A stretch of DNA of 64,000 nucleotides, from NCBI GenBank assembly GCA_951406725.2, contig OX597818.1:46128001-46192000 (forward strand), written 5' to 3'. Below the pieces are notes generated by a model, which had not been told where the DNA came from, did not search any database, and worked only from the letters and a program-made list of their open reading frames with translations. A program made the translations under genes and the position numbers. Each line of letters begins with the position of its first letter. Position 1 is the first letter of the stretch. This document shows positions 40,646-54,050 of this stretch, piece by piece. This DNA comes from Octopus vulgaris. Its lineage: Eukaryota.

Positions 40646-41951
40646 AATCTGATGTGGCATAACAGGGAGGTAAAATGAAATTCTCTGTTGAGAAGAAAAG
40701 ATCTAAAAGGTTAATGGAAAATAGATTAGTCCCACTAACTTTGTTTTGATAAAGTATCACAATATTCTTTCTATTCATGTGTAGTCAAATGGCTAACTTA
40801 TTGCATGAAAATCAAAGAACCGGCATCTACATGCCAACCAAAGATCACAGATATTCTTACATATGTGTGTCTATGTGCTTGTATTCACATTATGTCTCAA
40901 ACATTTCATTGATATCGTGTTCAAAATAGACTGAATTGGCTCGATTCATCTTTATATAATTTTATTTTTCCTTTCCATTCTGATAAATCAATAACATGAT
41001 TGGTTCCAATCCAAAATCATCTAGGAAAGCACTTTTGCACCATGATGTCTTAACAGCTTAAGAAAATAAGTAGTTTGCATTCCTACTAAAAGGCCTGTTT
41101 ATGGAGAACTTTGCAGTTCAGGAAATATTTCTGTTCCTCAATTAATAAGCCTTAATACACACAAATCAAAACTCACAATTATCATCACCTGCTTGTATTT
41201 ATTGACATTAATTTGTTACAAATAGCAACTTAAAGTGTTTTCAGAGTGGCTGTTGGAAATGATTATAAATGTATGCCAAATAATAAAAAGATGAAGGGAA
41301 GTTCATTCTATATTGGTTTTTCTCTATATCCTAAATTGTTATAATTCTCTTTCAATCAATATGTCTCTATATCATTCTTATTGCTGATTTATCCTCTTCT
41401 AATGGCAAGATTATTGTTATATTGATTGTTGATGGAATAAAAGCAAACATTCTTTGTTTTTATGGTGATTGTCTGTTTATCTAAGATATGTTTAATGTAT
41501 TAGTAGTTTGATGAAGAAAATAATAAAATGTCTTGTATCATAATAGTTATAAGGCTACATTTTATTACAATAACTTCCATACATTTCTCAAACTACAACT
41601 GATTTAATTGGTTCTCTGCAACAAATCAAGAACAGGAATGTCAGAAAATACTAGGGACTAAGTTAAAGACGGCAAAGATGAAAAAGAATAATGAAAGTTG
41701 TAAAAATACATGAATACAGGCTTAGTCTTAAGGCTTGAATCTTAATTAACCCTTTAGCAGTCAGATTACCTTTGCAAATGTAATGCTTATTTATTCAGAT
41801 TGTTTTGAATTAATCATGCACTATCTCATAGCTTTGAGATTCCAATGATGTGATTTATTTTTAGACTGATGTTGTAGGGTATGTGTGAAAGGCCAGATCT
41901 GGCAAATTTGAACATAAAATTGAATATTTTTGCAGGATATGGTCAGCTTAA

Positions 41952-43007
41952 CCTTCCGTCTACCAATGGGTCCAATGGACCAATTTCAGTTTTTTTCAGT
42001 TGCGTTTTCCTACTGTTTATATTATTTGATTCTGCTGATTTCTTCTGACTCTTATTTTTTTTTTTTACTCTCTTTTATTTGTCAAATGGGAAATCTTCCA
42101 CATGTTTATAAAAGCTAGAAAATTTCACTTTGTACATTAATTATTGTATGGGTCCATTGGACCCTCGAATTAAATTCAGACAATGCTCTTGTCAATCTAA
42201 ACAGAATAAAAGCAGTAACAAGTATTATTTTCCTAGGTATTTATCAGATATAAAGTAGATAAAATTGAATTCAATTTATTTGCTGAATTTTAGATAAAAT
42301 AAGAAAAATTATGAAAATATTCCTATAAATTTGTGTGGTATTCCATCACCTTCAGTCTGCTAGGTTATAGGGTGATGCAATATTTCTATATGATGATGCA
42401 ATTCTTACAATATATTGCATCATCTTTCAGGAGAATATAAATATGTGAGAGCAGTATCTACCTTTAGTCTGCTGTCAAGTTTCATATAGTTCAGTTGTGC
42501 TTTCCAATATGCCTCGACATGAAAAATTGAGTGAAGACCAAATATTGAAAAGGTTACTGGATTTAGATGAAGAATGGGAAGAAAATAGTAGCGATTCTTT
42601 CTATTGCTCTGAAGATGATGGTGAAAGTGATTGTGTGCTGGACAGTTTAGGTTCTGTGTTATCAGATGATGAAGATACCCAAAAACAATTATTTGCATGC
42701 CACCCAGTTATGAATGAGTAATATGTTTCTAGAGACAGACAAGAAGTTTGGCATTCTAATCCTCTTACTCAAGAAGCAGTAGAAACTTCATCTTGCAATA
42801 TTGTGTGCCAAGAATGTAGACCATCCCATTTTGCTAAAAGGTCTTGTGATAGCATTGAAACATGTTTTACTAACTTTATGTGCCAGAATCTTCTTGAAGT
42901 AATTCATAAATGGACAAATGTTGAAGGTTAGGTTGTTTACAAAGATAAATGGAAGGAAATTAATCACTCTGAGCGAAAGAAATTTATTAGACTGATTATT
43001 CTTATAA
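41952..43007 (+). mobile_element. piggyBac transposon relic (left end plus 5' part of transposase pseudogene)
   Basis: Begins after TTAA (41948-41951) with CCTTCC; repeated ATGGGTCCA(A/T)TGGACC subterminal palindromes. ATG at 42509 gives an acidic N-terminus, then NIV..RPSHFAKR..CFTNFM..LLEVIHKWTNVEG*VVYKDKWKEINHSERKKFIRLIIL; stops at 42719 and 42929; cut by a SINE at ~43008. Confidence 0.85.
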
Positions 43008-43285
43008 GGGTCGACCAAAGCCTTTGTGAGTGGATTTGGTAGATGGAAACTGAAAGAAGCCTGTCGTATATATATGTGTGTTTGTGTGTCTGTGTTTGTC
43101 TCCCCATCATTGCTTGATAACCAATGTTGGTGTGTTCACAGCCCCATAACTTAGCAGTTCTGCAAAAGAGACCGATAGAATTAGAACAAGGCTTACAAAC
43201 AATAAGTCCTGGGGTCAATTTGTTTGACTAAAGGCAGTGCTTCAGCATGGCTTCAGTCAAATAACTGAAACAAATAAATGAGTAA
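43008..43285 (+). mobile_element. composite SINE, 5' truncated
   Basis: Body and tail match 30788-31185. Confidence 0.8.
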
Positions 43286-43339
43286 ACTTCTGATATATCA
43301 TTTTGAGCTTTACACATCCTGAGGGCCAGATGATGTATA

Positions 43340-43381
<42 letters not shown>

Positions 43382-43494
43382 GTCACATATATATATATAG
43401 TTGTATCTAGTCACATTTAGTGATGATTATCATTTTCCTTTTTGGTAGTACATTTCAAACTTCTGTCTACATTAATTTTCTATACACATACACT

Positions 43495-43533
<39 letters not shown>

Positions 43534-43694
43534 CAAAAGACAAAGATAGGTGTGTAGACAACCAACAGATGTATTAGTTTGATGCTTGGGAAGTGAAAAG
43601 TCTTTAACATTTCGAGCTTACGCTCTTCCACAGAAAGGAACACAGAAAGGAGAGAAAATAAATAGTGTAGTGGCTTGCGATCTATCATGGCGAT

Positions 43695-43744
<50 letters not shown>

Positions 43745-46700
43745 CTTGTGCCATTTATAACTGTTAATTTTTAGAATGATATTGTAGTCTCGGTGTGGGA
43801 GTTCAGATCTGGCCAGTTTGAACATAAAGCAAGTAGAATATTTTGACTGGATATGACCTGTTTAAATGCTAAAGGGTTAAAATAGGTGGCGAGATTGAAG
43901 TATGATAGCTAACTAGAAACATGGTAAGTAAATTGATCATAAGGCAAAAATAAATAAATAAATAATAATAATAATAATAATTTAAAGTCTGGGAACATTT
44001 GATATGTTAGTTCTGATATATAAGTGCAGTGTTATAAACTTTCTAGGTTTTTTGGGTTTTTTTCGAAACTAGAGGTTTGGAGTCAGTGTGTATGGGTGAA
44101 AGAGGTTAGAACAGTTAAAGTTTAATTTGTGTTGCAAAAGTATTTTGATATTTGAAATTTAGGGAAAAATTAGACTACTGAAGTTATTTTAATTTAGCCT
44201 AGGTTAGTCCCAATCAAGTAGGCATCTGATCAAAGACATTCCTGCTGTGACCATTCCATCTTGTTTTCTTCTCAGGTGTAGTGTATTTAGGACTTCATAA
44301 TCTGATGTGTTTTTTTCCTTCTCTGATATGGTATGAAGCAATTTGGCAATTATTTTGAATGTGTCAGAAGTCTATATAGATTAGGTGTGTTGATGATGTT
44401 TTCCAAATGTATGAAGAAGTCAATTTAGATAACAATAAGAAGGAGCAGAGGTTATTATAAATGTGAAAGAATAATCATAGAAAATGGTTCTGTGACTGAA
44501 GGATGTTAAGGAATTTTGACATGTCAAACAAGTTGATGGTATGTTCAGAATAAGGTCTTCTATTTGCATGAATACTGAAGTGGATGCACCTTCTTAGATA
44601 TTTGAACATTGTATTAGTGAGGGATTATTGATTTTCTTTGTAGTGTTAATAACTTTTGCCTATGAGATTTAATTCTAAAGAGAAAACCCAGACATTGTGC
44701 TGCACTTTTGATCACATGTTCGTCTTAAGATACTGTCAGAAATAATTAAGCTGTTGTATTTATGTATGGTGGAATATTTTGGGGATTCTTATTAATGTAG
44801 GCTGTGTAGATTCAATGGGAAATGCTTGGGATAGCATATATAATATCCTTGCTAGTTGTCTAGGGTTCAGTTCCACTGTACATCATCTTGGGAAAATGTC
44901 TTCTACGGTAGCCCCCAGACCAGCCAATGACTTGTGAGTAGATTTAGGAAATGGAAACTGAAAGAAGCCTGTTGTATACACACACACATACGCAAACACA
45001 CGTGTGTGTGCATTCATGTGCTCGTGTATACTTTTGTCTAGATATCCTGCAATGGTTGTAAGTAAGCATCATCATCATCATCATCATACAAGCAAAGCTG
45101 CTTGTTCCTGGTCTGTGAAAAAACATGTCTAGCTCTGGGAAAATATTACATTGCCTGGAAACAGGTGAGGATTGGTAACAGGAATGACATCAGGCTGTAG
45201 AAAATGTTTCAACAAATTCCATCTGACCTATGCAAGTGTGGAAAAGGGGACATTATATGATGATGTTCCTACATTATGTTCTGACATGTTTTAAATGGTA
45301 ATTAAAAGACTGGTGATAGGAAGTGCATCCAGCTGTTAAATACTGCCTCAAAAATGTCTTCTAAACCATGCCAGCATGAAAAAGGGGCCCATAAAATGAT
45401 AATGATGATGTGTGTAGGGTTGTGTCATCAGTAAAGGAATGTAGAAGTAGAGTAGGTCATTGATGTAGAGCTGGAAAGGGGCCATAAGGCCAAGTAAGAC
45501 TTCACTTGTTTGAAAGAGTTCTGCTGAGAGAAATGACTCACAAAGAAATCTGAAATCCAATAATTGGATCAAATTACTAAAAGTTAAATTTTTTCAAAAT
45601 TAACTTTTCTCTCTCATTTTAATTATTTCTTATATATTTCTCTCTCATTTTAATTATTTCTTTTATATTTCTTCTTTTACTTGTTTCAGTCATTGGACTG
45701 TAGCCATGATGTGGCACTGCTTTGAGGAGATTAGTTAAACACATCGATTCCACCAAGTCTCTTTTAAAGTTTGATATTTATTTTATCAGTCTCTTATGCT
45801 GAACTGCTATGTTATGGGGACATAAATAAACCAACATTAATTGTCAAGTAGGGGTAGGAGTGGAGGGAGAGACAAACTTAAACACACACATACACACACA
45901 CACACACAACACACACAGAATAGGCTTCCACACAGTTTCCATCTTTCACATTCAATCCCAAAGCAGTGTACAGTTTGGGGCTATAGTAGCAGACACTTGC
46001 CCAAGGTGTCACACTAACTTCTTAACTACACAACCATGCCTGCACCTATATTTATCCTCCATTTTTATTCAATATTTATACTCAACAATTTTTCCCCTAC
46101 TCAATATTGAAAGCCAATCTATTGCTGTCCAATCTATTACTGTTAGATAAAATAAGTCTTAAATTCTAGAATTTATTATGACTGCAATTTGGGTGTTAAT
46201 GAACAGTTGTTATGAGCATCCTTCATATTATTTTATATTTTATTGGCTTGTTAAACTTGACAACCTGGTGAAATTAAATAAATATTTGTCATAGTTTTGT
46301 TGATGTAGGAAACCAGAAAATAGTCTGACAGATTTGTATGTAGATTTTTCTGTGCATGGGAACAGGATAATTCTAGTATGTTGATGTATATAACTGACAC
46401 TATCTGTTAAATTATTACATTTTTGTTGATACAAATAAAGATAAGACTAACATTCATCACTCTTACCACTCACCTTTAGTCAGGAGAGAAGGGGAAATAT
46501 CCATGACATTTGCTGGTCCTCTGAGACAGATGACATTAACACAGTTGGTGTTTTATTTGAATATCTGGGTATGAGATGTCTTGGCTGTTTCGGTGCTATT
46601 TTGTGGCATTGATTCAGTGCTGACTTATTTGACAGCAGACATTTTAAAATTTCCTTCATTTCAATATTTCTCTTGTTGTCTCACTTTCTCTCCTCTTTCT

Positions 46701-47142
46701 CACTGTTTACATGTGTGAAAATATTTCTCTTTATCTGTATGAGGAGAGGGATAATGTTTGTGTCAGTTGTGTTCAATTAAAAAATTTTAATGTTTCTCTC
46801 TCTCTCTCTCTTAACACTCTTTTGATGTGTATGTATATATTTTTGCTCATGTGTGTATGTGAGTGTGTTAGCCTCCAGTGCTAAAAAGTACTGTTCACAA
46901 AACAAGGAGAATGTCCAGTCAACTGTGCTCAGTTGTCTCATATCATGAATATCTGTAGGTCACTGGAAAAGGACAGTCAAGAAGAGAATTCCAGAAGAAT
47001 GCAGTTTTGGGGAAGAAGAACAGGGTAAAGTGTTTTGTACAGGGTTTTGGAAGAAAAGATAGGGACTGGATAGATCTGGATAGACAGGGTACATAGTTAG
47101 CCAGTTCAGAATAGTTCTAAACACATAAGCATTACTCTAGTG

Positions 47143-47480
47143 AAGGCACATAGCTCAGTGGTTAGAGTGTCAGGCTCACAATCATGAGGTAGTGTGTTCG
47201 ATTTCTGGACTGGGTTGTATTTTATACTCTTGAGCAAAACACTTTATTTCACTTTGCTCCAGTTCTCTCACCTGTAGAAATGAGTTGCAATGTCACTGAC
47301 TCCAAGCTGTATCAGCCTTTGCCTTTTCCTTGGATAACATCAGTGGCATAAAGAGGGGGAAGCTGGAATGCATGGGTAACTGCTGGTCTCTCATAAACAG
47401 CCTTGCCCAGACTTGTGCATCAGAGAGGAACTTTCTAAGTGCAGTCCCATAGTCATTCATGACTGAAGGTGGTCTTTACT
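47143..47480 (+). mobile_element. tRNA-derived SINE (CORE-like central region)
   Basis: GGCACATAGCTCAGTGGTTAGAG A box, GTTCGATT B box, TTGAGCAAAACACTTTATTTCAC; ends in CTTTA-type repeats. Confidence 0.7.
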
Positions 47481-48464
47481 TTCACTTTTCTTTTACTTTA
47501 GGGTTAGGGTTTACTTTAATGTGGGTCATACTCAACTTTCGTGGGAAGTCAACAATTGATTTGGGCTCAAATATTTTTTGTCAAAGAAAGACATTCAAGT
47601 CTTTGTTACATGGTTTTGGTGGTGTTGGTTTTGGTGGTGTTGTATATGTGGGTTCACCATAGGGGATTGTAAAGTCTGGCATTTGTGGATAATTTAAGGT
47701 TTAGAGTTGTGTGCTGTTTATGATTCGAAAGGGAATTGATTCTTAAAAGGTGTACTACTAAAGACTGCTATATTGGTTTATCATTTTTGAGATGCTGTAA
47801 GTGGGGTCAATAAGACTTATTGGACTTGACACACTTTAGTTATGTGATGGTCATTTACAGGTTAGGTCACCCAGTTTTTCAAGAAGGGGCTGTAATTACT
47901 GTGGTCTAAGGAGTTAGGTCTTTTCTAAGAAATATCCCTGATAGATGACACTACAAGGCTAACAGAGGAGTAAATAAGTATAATAGAAAAGAGAGGCACA
48001 AGAAGAGGTGGAAGAAGGGTTAAGGAGAGGATAGAAAAGTAGATACTAAAAAAACAACAACTTTTAATTAAAAAACAAATAATTTTAGATAAGTTAATTT
48101 TGTGACAAAAGAAGCTGAAGAAAACTTTGGATTAACAGATTGGCTGTTTGGTTAAACATGAAATTATATTTCCCAGTGGAAAGAATTAAAAAATTCTGAG
48201 AGCAGATGGTTAATTAGAAGCAGACATAATATTTGTGCGATATGGATCTGCCTATATTTGAGATATCACTAGCAGATTGTAGCTACTGTGACATCACAAA
48301 TCAAGCTTTTTACTTCTTCCCTTTCTTCTTAGTGTGATGGTTTCCCTGGAATGACCAAATGGATATTTATCCAGTTGATTAGTTGAGTGCATGTAAATTA
48401 CTTGATATTGACAGATTACTCATGGTGCCATCTGGCTCATATGAAACACCGGGAATCATTTTCA

Positions 48465-48925
48465 TAATATTGGTTTCAAATTTTCACACAAGGCCAGCAG
48501 TTTTGGAGGAAGGGTTGAGCCAATTACATTGGGCCAAGTGTTCAACTAGTTCTCATTTATTAACCCAGAAAGGATAAAAGGAAAAGCTGGCTTTGGCAGA
48601 ATTTGAACTCAGAGCATAAAGCTGAGCAAAATACCTATTTCTTTACTACGCACAAGGGGCTAAACACAGAGAGGACAAACAAGGACAGACAAACGGATTA
48701 AGTCAATTATATTTCGACCCCAGTGCGTAACTGGTACTTATTTTATCGACTTCGAAAAGATGAAAGGCAAAGTCGACCTCGGCGGAATTTGAACTAAGAA
48801 CATAACGGCAGATGAAATACGGCTACACATTTCGCCCGGCATGCTAACGTTTCTGCCAGCTCGCTGAGCAAAATACCACTAAGCATTTTGCCCAGTGTGC
48901 TAATAATTCTACCGTTTCACTGCCT
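48465..48925 (-). mobile_element. young SINE (48636-48862) nested in an older related SINE
   Basis: 15-bp direct repeat GCTGAGCAAAATACC at 48621-48635 and 48863-48877. Confidence 0.85.
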
Positions 48926-48974
48926 TAATCTGTTATGTATTATTGTTATGTGAGATTTTTACTTTCCTTTTTAA

Positions 48975-50668
48975 GACAAAAAGAATGGCTCCCTCACCGA
49001 TAGTCCAACCTGGAACAGTGAGGTACTGAATGACCAGTTCTAAAGTGTCTTTACCACCCCGTTGGAACACAGACAAGTTAACGAACCAGTGTATTTCTTT
49101 GCCGCTTCACCTATAACCAGTGAGGCAGTTACGATGGTTTCCCAGCAACCTTCCTCAAATCGTGTGAGCATGTCCTGACGAAACCTCTACAGATTCTCTT
49201 TCAGAGCTTTCTTACAAATGGCTGGCTGCCAGGCAAACTGAAGGAGGGAATAATATGCCCAATCCATAAAGGGGGAAGCAAGGCAGATGCCAAAGGCTAT
49301 AGGCCTATCTCTTTGACTTCACACATCAACAAAGTCATGGAATGGATAGTCAGAGGGAAACTAATTGCATTCCTTGAAGAAAACAACTTGCTTAGTGATA
49401 CCCAGCATGGCTTTCGACCAGGTAGGAGTTTTAAGGCAGTTACTTGACAACTCAAATGTGGATGTTAAATACCTTGACTTTGCAAAAGCTTTTGATTGAG
49501 TGGATCAAACAAACTGTGTGATCTTGGCATAGCTGGAAAACTTGGAGAGTGATTACATGACTTTCTGAAAGATAGAAGTTAGGCAGTAGTGGACAGTGGA
49601 GCCACCTCAAAGAAAACACAAATAGTGAGTGGTGTTCCACAGGGCACTGTCTTGGGACCACTGCTTTTCATAGTGGCCCTCTCAGATATGCCCTCAGCTG
49701 CCTGGATAGCCACCCTTGCTAGCTATGCAGGCGATACGAAAGTTTCACAGAAAATACAGAACCCTAGCGATGTTGCACACCTGCAGCAGGAGTTGGACTC
49801 AACAGATGGGCTGAGGATAATAATATGCTGTTTAATGCTGAAAAATTCCAAGCCCTGCACTACCAGTGTCCAAAACTGAATATAAAACTTACAGGGTACA
49901 ATCCTAGAGCCTAAATTAATGAGGGACCTGGGTATTGACATGAGTCATGATACCTCTTTCCAAGAGCACATTACCAGGATGGCGACAAAGTGCAGACGAC
50001 TGGCTGGATGGATCCTTAGAACGTACAGGACCAGAGAGAAGGAAACCATGATGGTTCTCTGGAGGACATTTGTCCTCAGCCACCTGGATTACTGCTCCCA
50101 GCTATGGTCACCCAACAGTGTAAAATTAACAGCAGACTTTGAAGCAATCCAGCGAAGCTTCACAAAGAAGATTGTCTCATTGCAACAGCTCAGCTATTGG
50201 GAATGGCTGAAACAGCTAAGACTCTACTCCCTGGAGCAAAGGTGGGAGAGGTATGCGGTAATATACATCTGGAAGATCATGGAAGGAATTGTGCCAAATT
50301 TTGGCATTGAAAGCTACACCAATGCCAGTATGAGTCAACACTGCACAGTGCCAAAGATCCCAGCAATGCCATTGCACTTCAGGACTAGTTACTGCTACAG
50401 CCTGGGCTTCAAGGGCCTACATCTTAATAGACTCCCAAAGTGCCTGAGGTACCTACACAAAGTGGATGTAGGTGTTTCCAAATCAAAACTGGACCTCTTC
50501 CTGTTGAGAGTCCCAGATGAACCTACCTCACAGCGAGAGGTGCTAATGAGAGCAGTGACATCAAACTCTCTTATTCACCAAATACCACATATTAGAGGAG
50601 GCTCTCAATAATAAGAGTGTAGCAAAACAGCGGTGCCCCAGCATGGCCACAGCTCTGAGCTGAAACTA
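48975..50668 (+). mobile_element. CR1/L2-group LINE, 5' truncated, reverse transcriptase pseudogene
   Basis: YRPISLTSHINKVME, QHGFRPGRS, YLDFAKAF, SGVPQGTVLGPLLF, YAGDTK (YADD site), DYCSQLWSP and LYSLEQRWERYAVIYIWKI motifs across frameshifts; intact 3' end. Confidence 0.92.
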
Positions 50669-50692
50669 CATATATATATATATATATATATA

Positions 50693-51844
50693 CTAGCATT
50701 AAAGACCCGTCGTTGCCGGGTCATAGTGCTAGTGCATGTATATATGTGTATATATATGTGTACATATTACATGTGCATCTATATATATACATCTACACAT
50801 AAAATACAAAATACAAAGTTATATCTTGATATCCCTAGTGATAACAATACTCAAAATATATAACAGACTGGAATTGCTAGCCCGTCTCTTGTAATTTTGA
50901 TCAATTGTATCTTGTCCTCCCTCTTGTATAGAAGTGTGGCTACAATCCAGCCTACCTCTACTTTTGTGGGGGGGGGAGGGGGCATTAAAAATTTTTTTCC
51001 GGGACGTCCTACATTCCAGATATAAAGTTAAAAATAAAATATTTCCACTTTGCAAGTTCGAGTCGAGTACTCCCTTGCATGCTCCATTGACTCAAACCTT
51101 GCTTCTATTGTGGCGAATTTACCACCTCTGATTAGATATCTTTCGTAGTCGCACCAAGACACTTTTTGAAGGTGCTTTCCTCCATGTGTTCAAATCTTTT
51201 TTCTCTACATTGTATACTTTATAGTCAATAGTCTTTTCTTTAATTTAATTTTTTATTATCCATCTGGACTATTCCATTTCTGCACACTAATTTTATTTTT
51301 AATTTATTTCCATTCATGTGAAACCACTTATTCAAGTTCAAATCATTGATGCAATTTTATACCAATTGCTATTTTTACTTTCATTATGTTACTTTAGTTT
51401 GATTTTAATTATTACTTACTACATATAATTCAATTGTTATTATTATTTTTATTGTTAAAGTGAAAGTATCTGACATAAAATAGAGAAACGTTTTTGTTTC
51501 ACTTTTAACACGTAGTACTGAAATAGTGGAGAAGATATGATATTGCTATGGGCTCGCTCTAGGCAAGAAGTTGAACATTTTTTTTGCCCATGAAACTACA
51601 TGGACCGTGTGTAAAATTTGAATGGAATTGGTTGTGTAGTTCTCAAGTTTTAGGGAATCGTAGTGGAGAAGATATGATATTGCTATGGGCTCGCCCTAGG
51701 CAAAAAGTTAATGACACTCTCCAGACCCTAAGTAAGGCATGTGTAAAATTTGAATGAAATTGGTTGTGTACTTCTCAAGTTTTAGGGAAACACACAGACA
51801 GATAGACAGACAGACACACATTCTCGGTTTTATATATATAAAGA
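50693..51844 (-). mobile_element. non-autonomous Helitron
   Basis: Minus strand starts TC(TTTATATATATAAA) after A and ends CTAG before T; hairpin GACCCG-N7-CGGGTC (50704-50722) close to the 3' end; (CTGT)n near the 5' end; internal ~135 bp tandem duplication 51523-51788; no TSD. Confidence 0.85.
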
Positions 51845-53289
51845 TATTTATATTTATTTATATATGCATATATATATATATATATATATATACATACATA
51901 CATACATACATATATATCTGATAGCAAACTGTAGATTGATGTCATTTACATATGCTTCACTAGTTTTGAAAAAGCGAAAATAGAATCTTAGATTTATCTT
52001 AATTCTTTTTGTTTTGTTTCTGAATTATTGATTATCAGAAAATGAGGTAAAATGAACAGTCAATGTATAGCTAGGTCAAGATTGGCTCTGAGCATCAACA
52101 TTCACAGGCAATCTTATATAACCTTGCTTTATACAAACTGGTATTTTAAAGACATTTATCTTTTATTTATTTATTTTTTCTTATCATTGTTAAAAGCATT
52201 TGAGCAAGAATTCTTGATAAATTCTTGATAAAGTAGATTCATTAATTATTATCTTTATTTTTTTGAGCTACTTGGATTTTTATTGATTTCAGGCAGTTTT
52301 GAAGATTGGAAATTTAAAGAAAATTATCTTCTGTTTTTTTGTAAAAATTATATTGAGAAATTAAATTCCTTTCTGTAATTTATCTTGTGAGTATAAAGAA
52401 ATTTGTAGCATGGTTAGGTTTTGGCCATTATTAGACCAGGCCATATCTAACTTAATAGCATCAGCTAGAAGATAATTTTTTTTGAACATTCATAGCCTGT
52501 TCAAGTAGGGAGTTGCTATTAGCTGAAATATATTCAGATGTCAGTGGTTTGTAATATTTCTTGGTTAAATTTGTCCAGGTATTGTTTAAATGTTGCGGAA
52601 TATTTTTCTTATTTAATTTAATGTTGAATAAATCAGGACTGGTGCCAGTGTGCTATGTAAAAAGCATCCCGTGCACTCTGTAATGTGGTTGGCATGAGGA
52701 ACAGCATCAGGGATTAGAAATCAAGCCAAATCAGACTGGAATCTGATGCATCTCTTGTTTGCCAGCTCTGGTCAAACTGTCCAACCCAACCCATGCCAGC
52801 ATGGAAAATGGACATTGAATGATGATGATGATGATAATAATGATAATGTATTGCACTGAGGCTCAATCTTAGGTGAGCTGTAAACTTGATGCCAGTATCA
52901 TTTGGACAACACTGATTGAATATTTTATACATTGTACAAACGCAGTAGGATTCGCAATGACATTGGAGAAAATAGTCTGCTTTTTGAAGTAATCTCGGTA
53001 ATCGAGGCTTTTCATGTCATGTATTTTAAATTTTAATTGATTTCTGGAGTTCTTATGTAGTTTTGTTTTGTATAGGGAGACCACTGTCGTTGGCAGTATT
53101 CAAAGTGAGACTGAGTAAATGTAGAGATGAGGATAATAGCATCAGTATCTCTAAACTGAAAAAGTCTAAGCATCTGTTGGCCATATCATTGATGCTTGCA
53201 CTTCAGTTCAGGTGTTGCCAACAGTTACACATAAGTCTCTGATATTAATTAATGCTATAAGAAACTCTCCCAAGGAAAAAGAATATGAT

Positions 53290-54050
53290 TGTTTAATATA
53301 AACATTATATTTTCCATAGAGGATGAGCCCAATTTTTTTCATTTAACTGCATGTCCCCCACCTCCCCATTGAATCACAGAGTGAGTTCTGTCCAGATGCA
53401 TATTGATGCATATTTCTGGAGCTTAAAGATTATAAAAAATGTTATTGTTTGATGACATTTTTGGAGTTATTTATGTAAATAATAAAAAGAAGTTGGCCTA
53501 ATACAGTACCCTGGGGAGCACCACTAATGACTTTTGCTGGGCTTCAGTAAACTCTGTTGATCATAATATGTTGGGTTCTGTTTACCATAAACTTCAGTGT
53601 CGTAGTTTTCTTTCAGTAGAATATTGTAATTGACTTTGTCAAAAGCTTTACTGAGGTCAAGATATATGTATGACATCTGACTTCTAAAATGTTTGAAATG
53701 TTATCAAGGTGGTGCTAAAGTTGTATTAGGATTTCTCTACCACTACAAAAAACCATGCTGGTCGGAATTTACGAGACAGTTACTTCCTGGAAAGGCAATT
53801 ACTTTTAATTTCACTACCTTATGAAATACTTTAATGAGGTGATAGTTCAGTGAGAGCAGGTGACTTACTTCCTTTTTTGAAAACTGATATGACAGACTGA
53901 GACACAAACATGTTCAGGTGTATGTCCTGTGTCTAGTGGTTTCCTGCAAAGAGTAGATTGATGTGTTGCAAGTTGATGTTAGCACTCCTTCAGGGTTCTT
54001 GTGGGGAGCCTACAGGGGTGGGGGTCTACTGTTGAGTTGCAGTTTATTTA
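53290..54050 (-). mobile_element. highly decayed LINE reverse transcriptase fragment
   Basis: Minus strand gives QHGF, IYLDLSKAFDKV and SGAPQGTVLG; boundaries approximate. Confidence 0.75.

Noticed and set aside
46880-47960. Possible very old minus-strand LINE fragments
   Set aside because: Only faint motifs (e.g. GDL); could not be reconstructed by eye.
49919-50611. 230-aa ORF as a host gene
   Set aside because: It is the C-terminal part of the decayed LINE ORF2; the upstream RT is frameshifted and its YADD motif is mutated.
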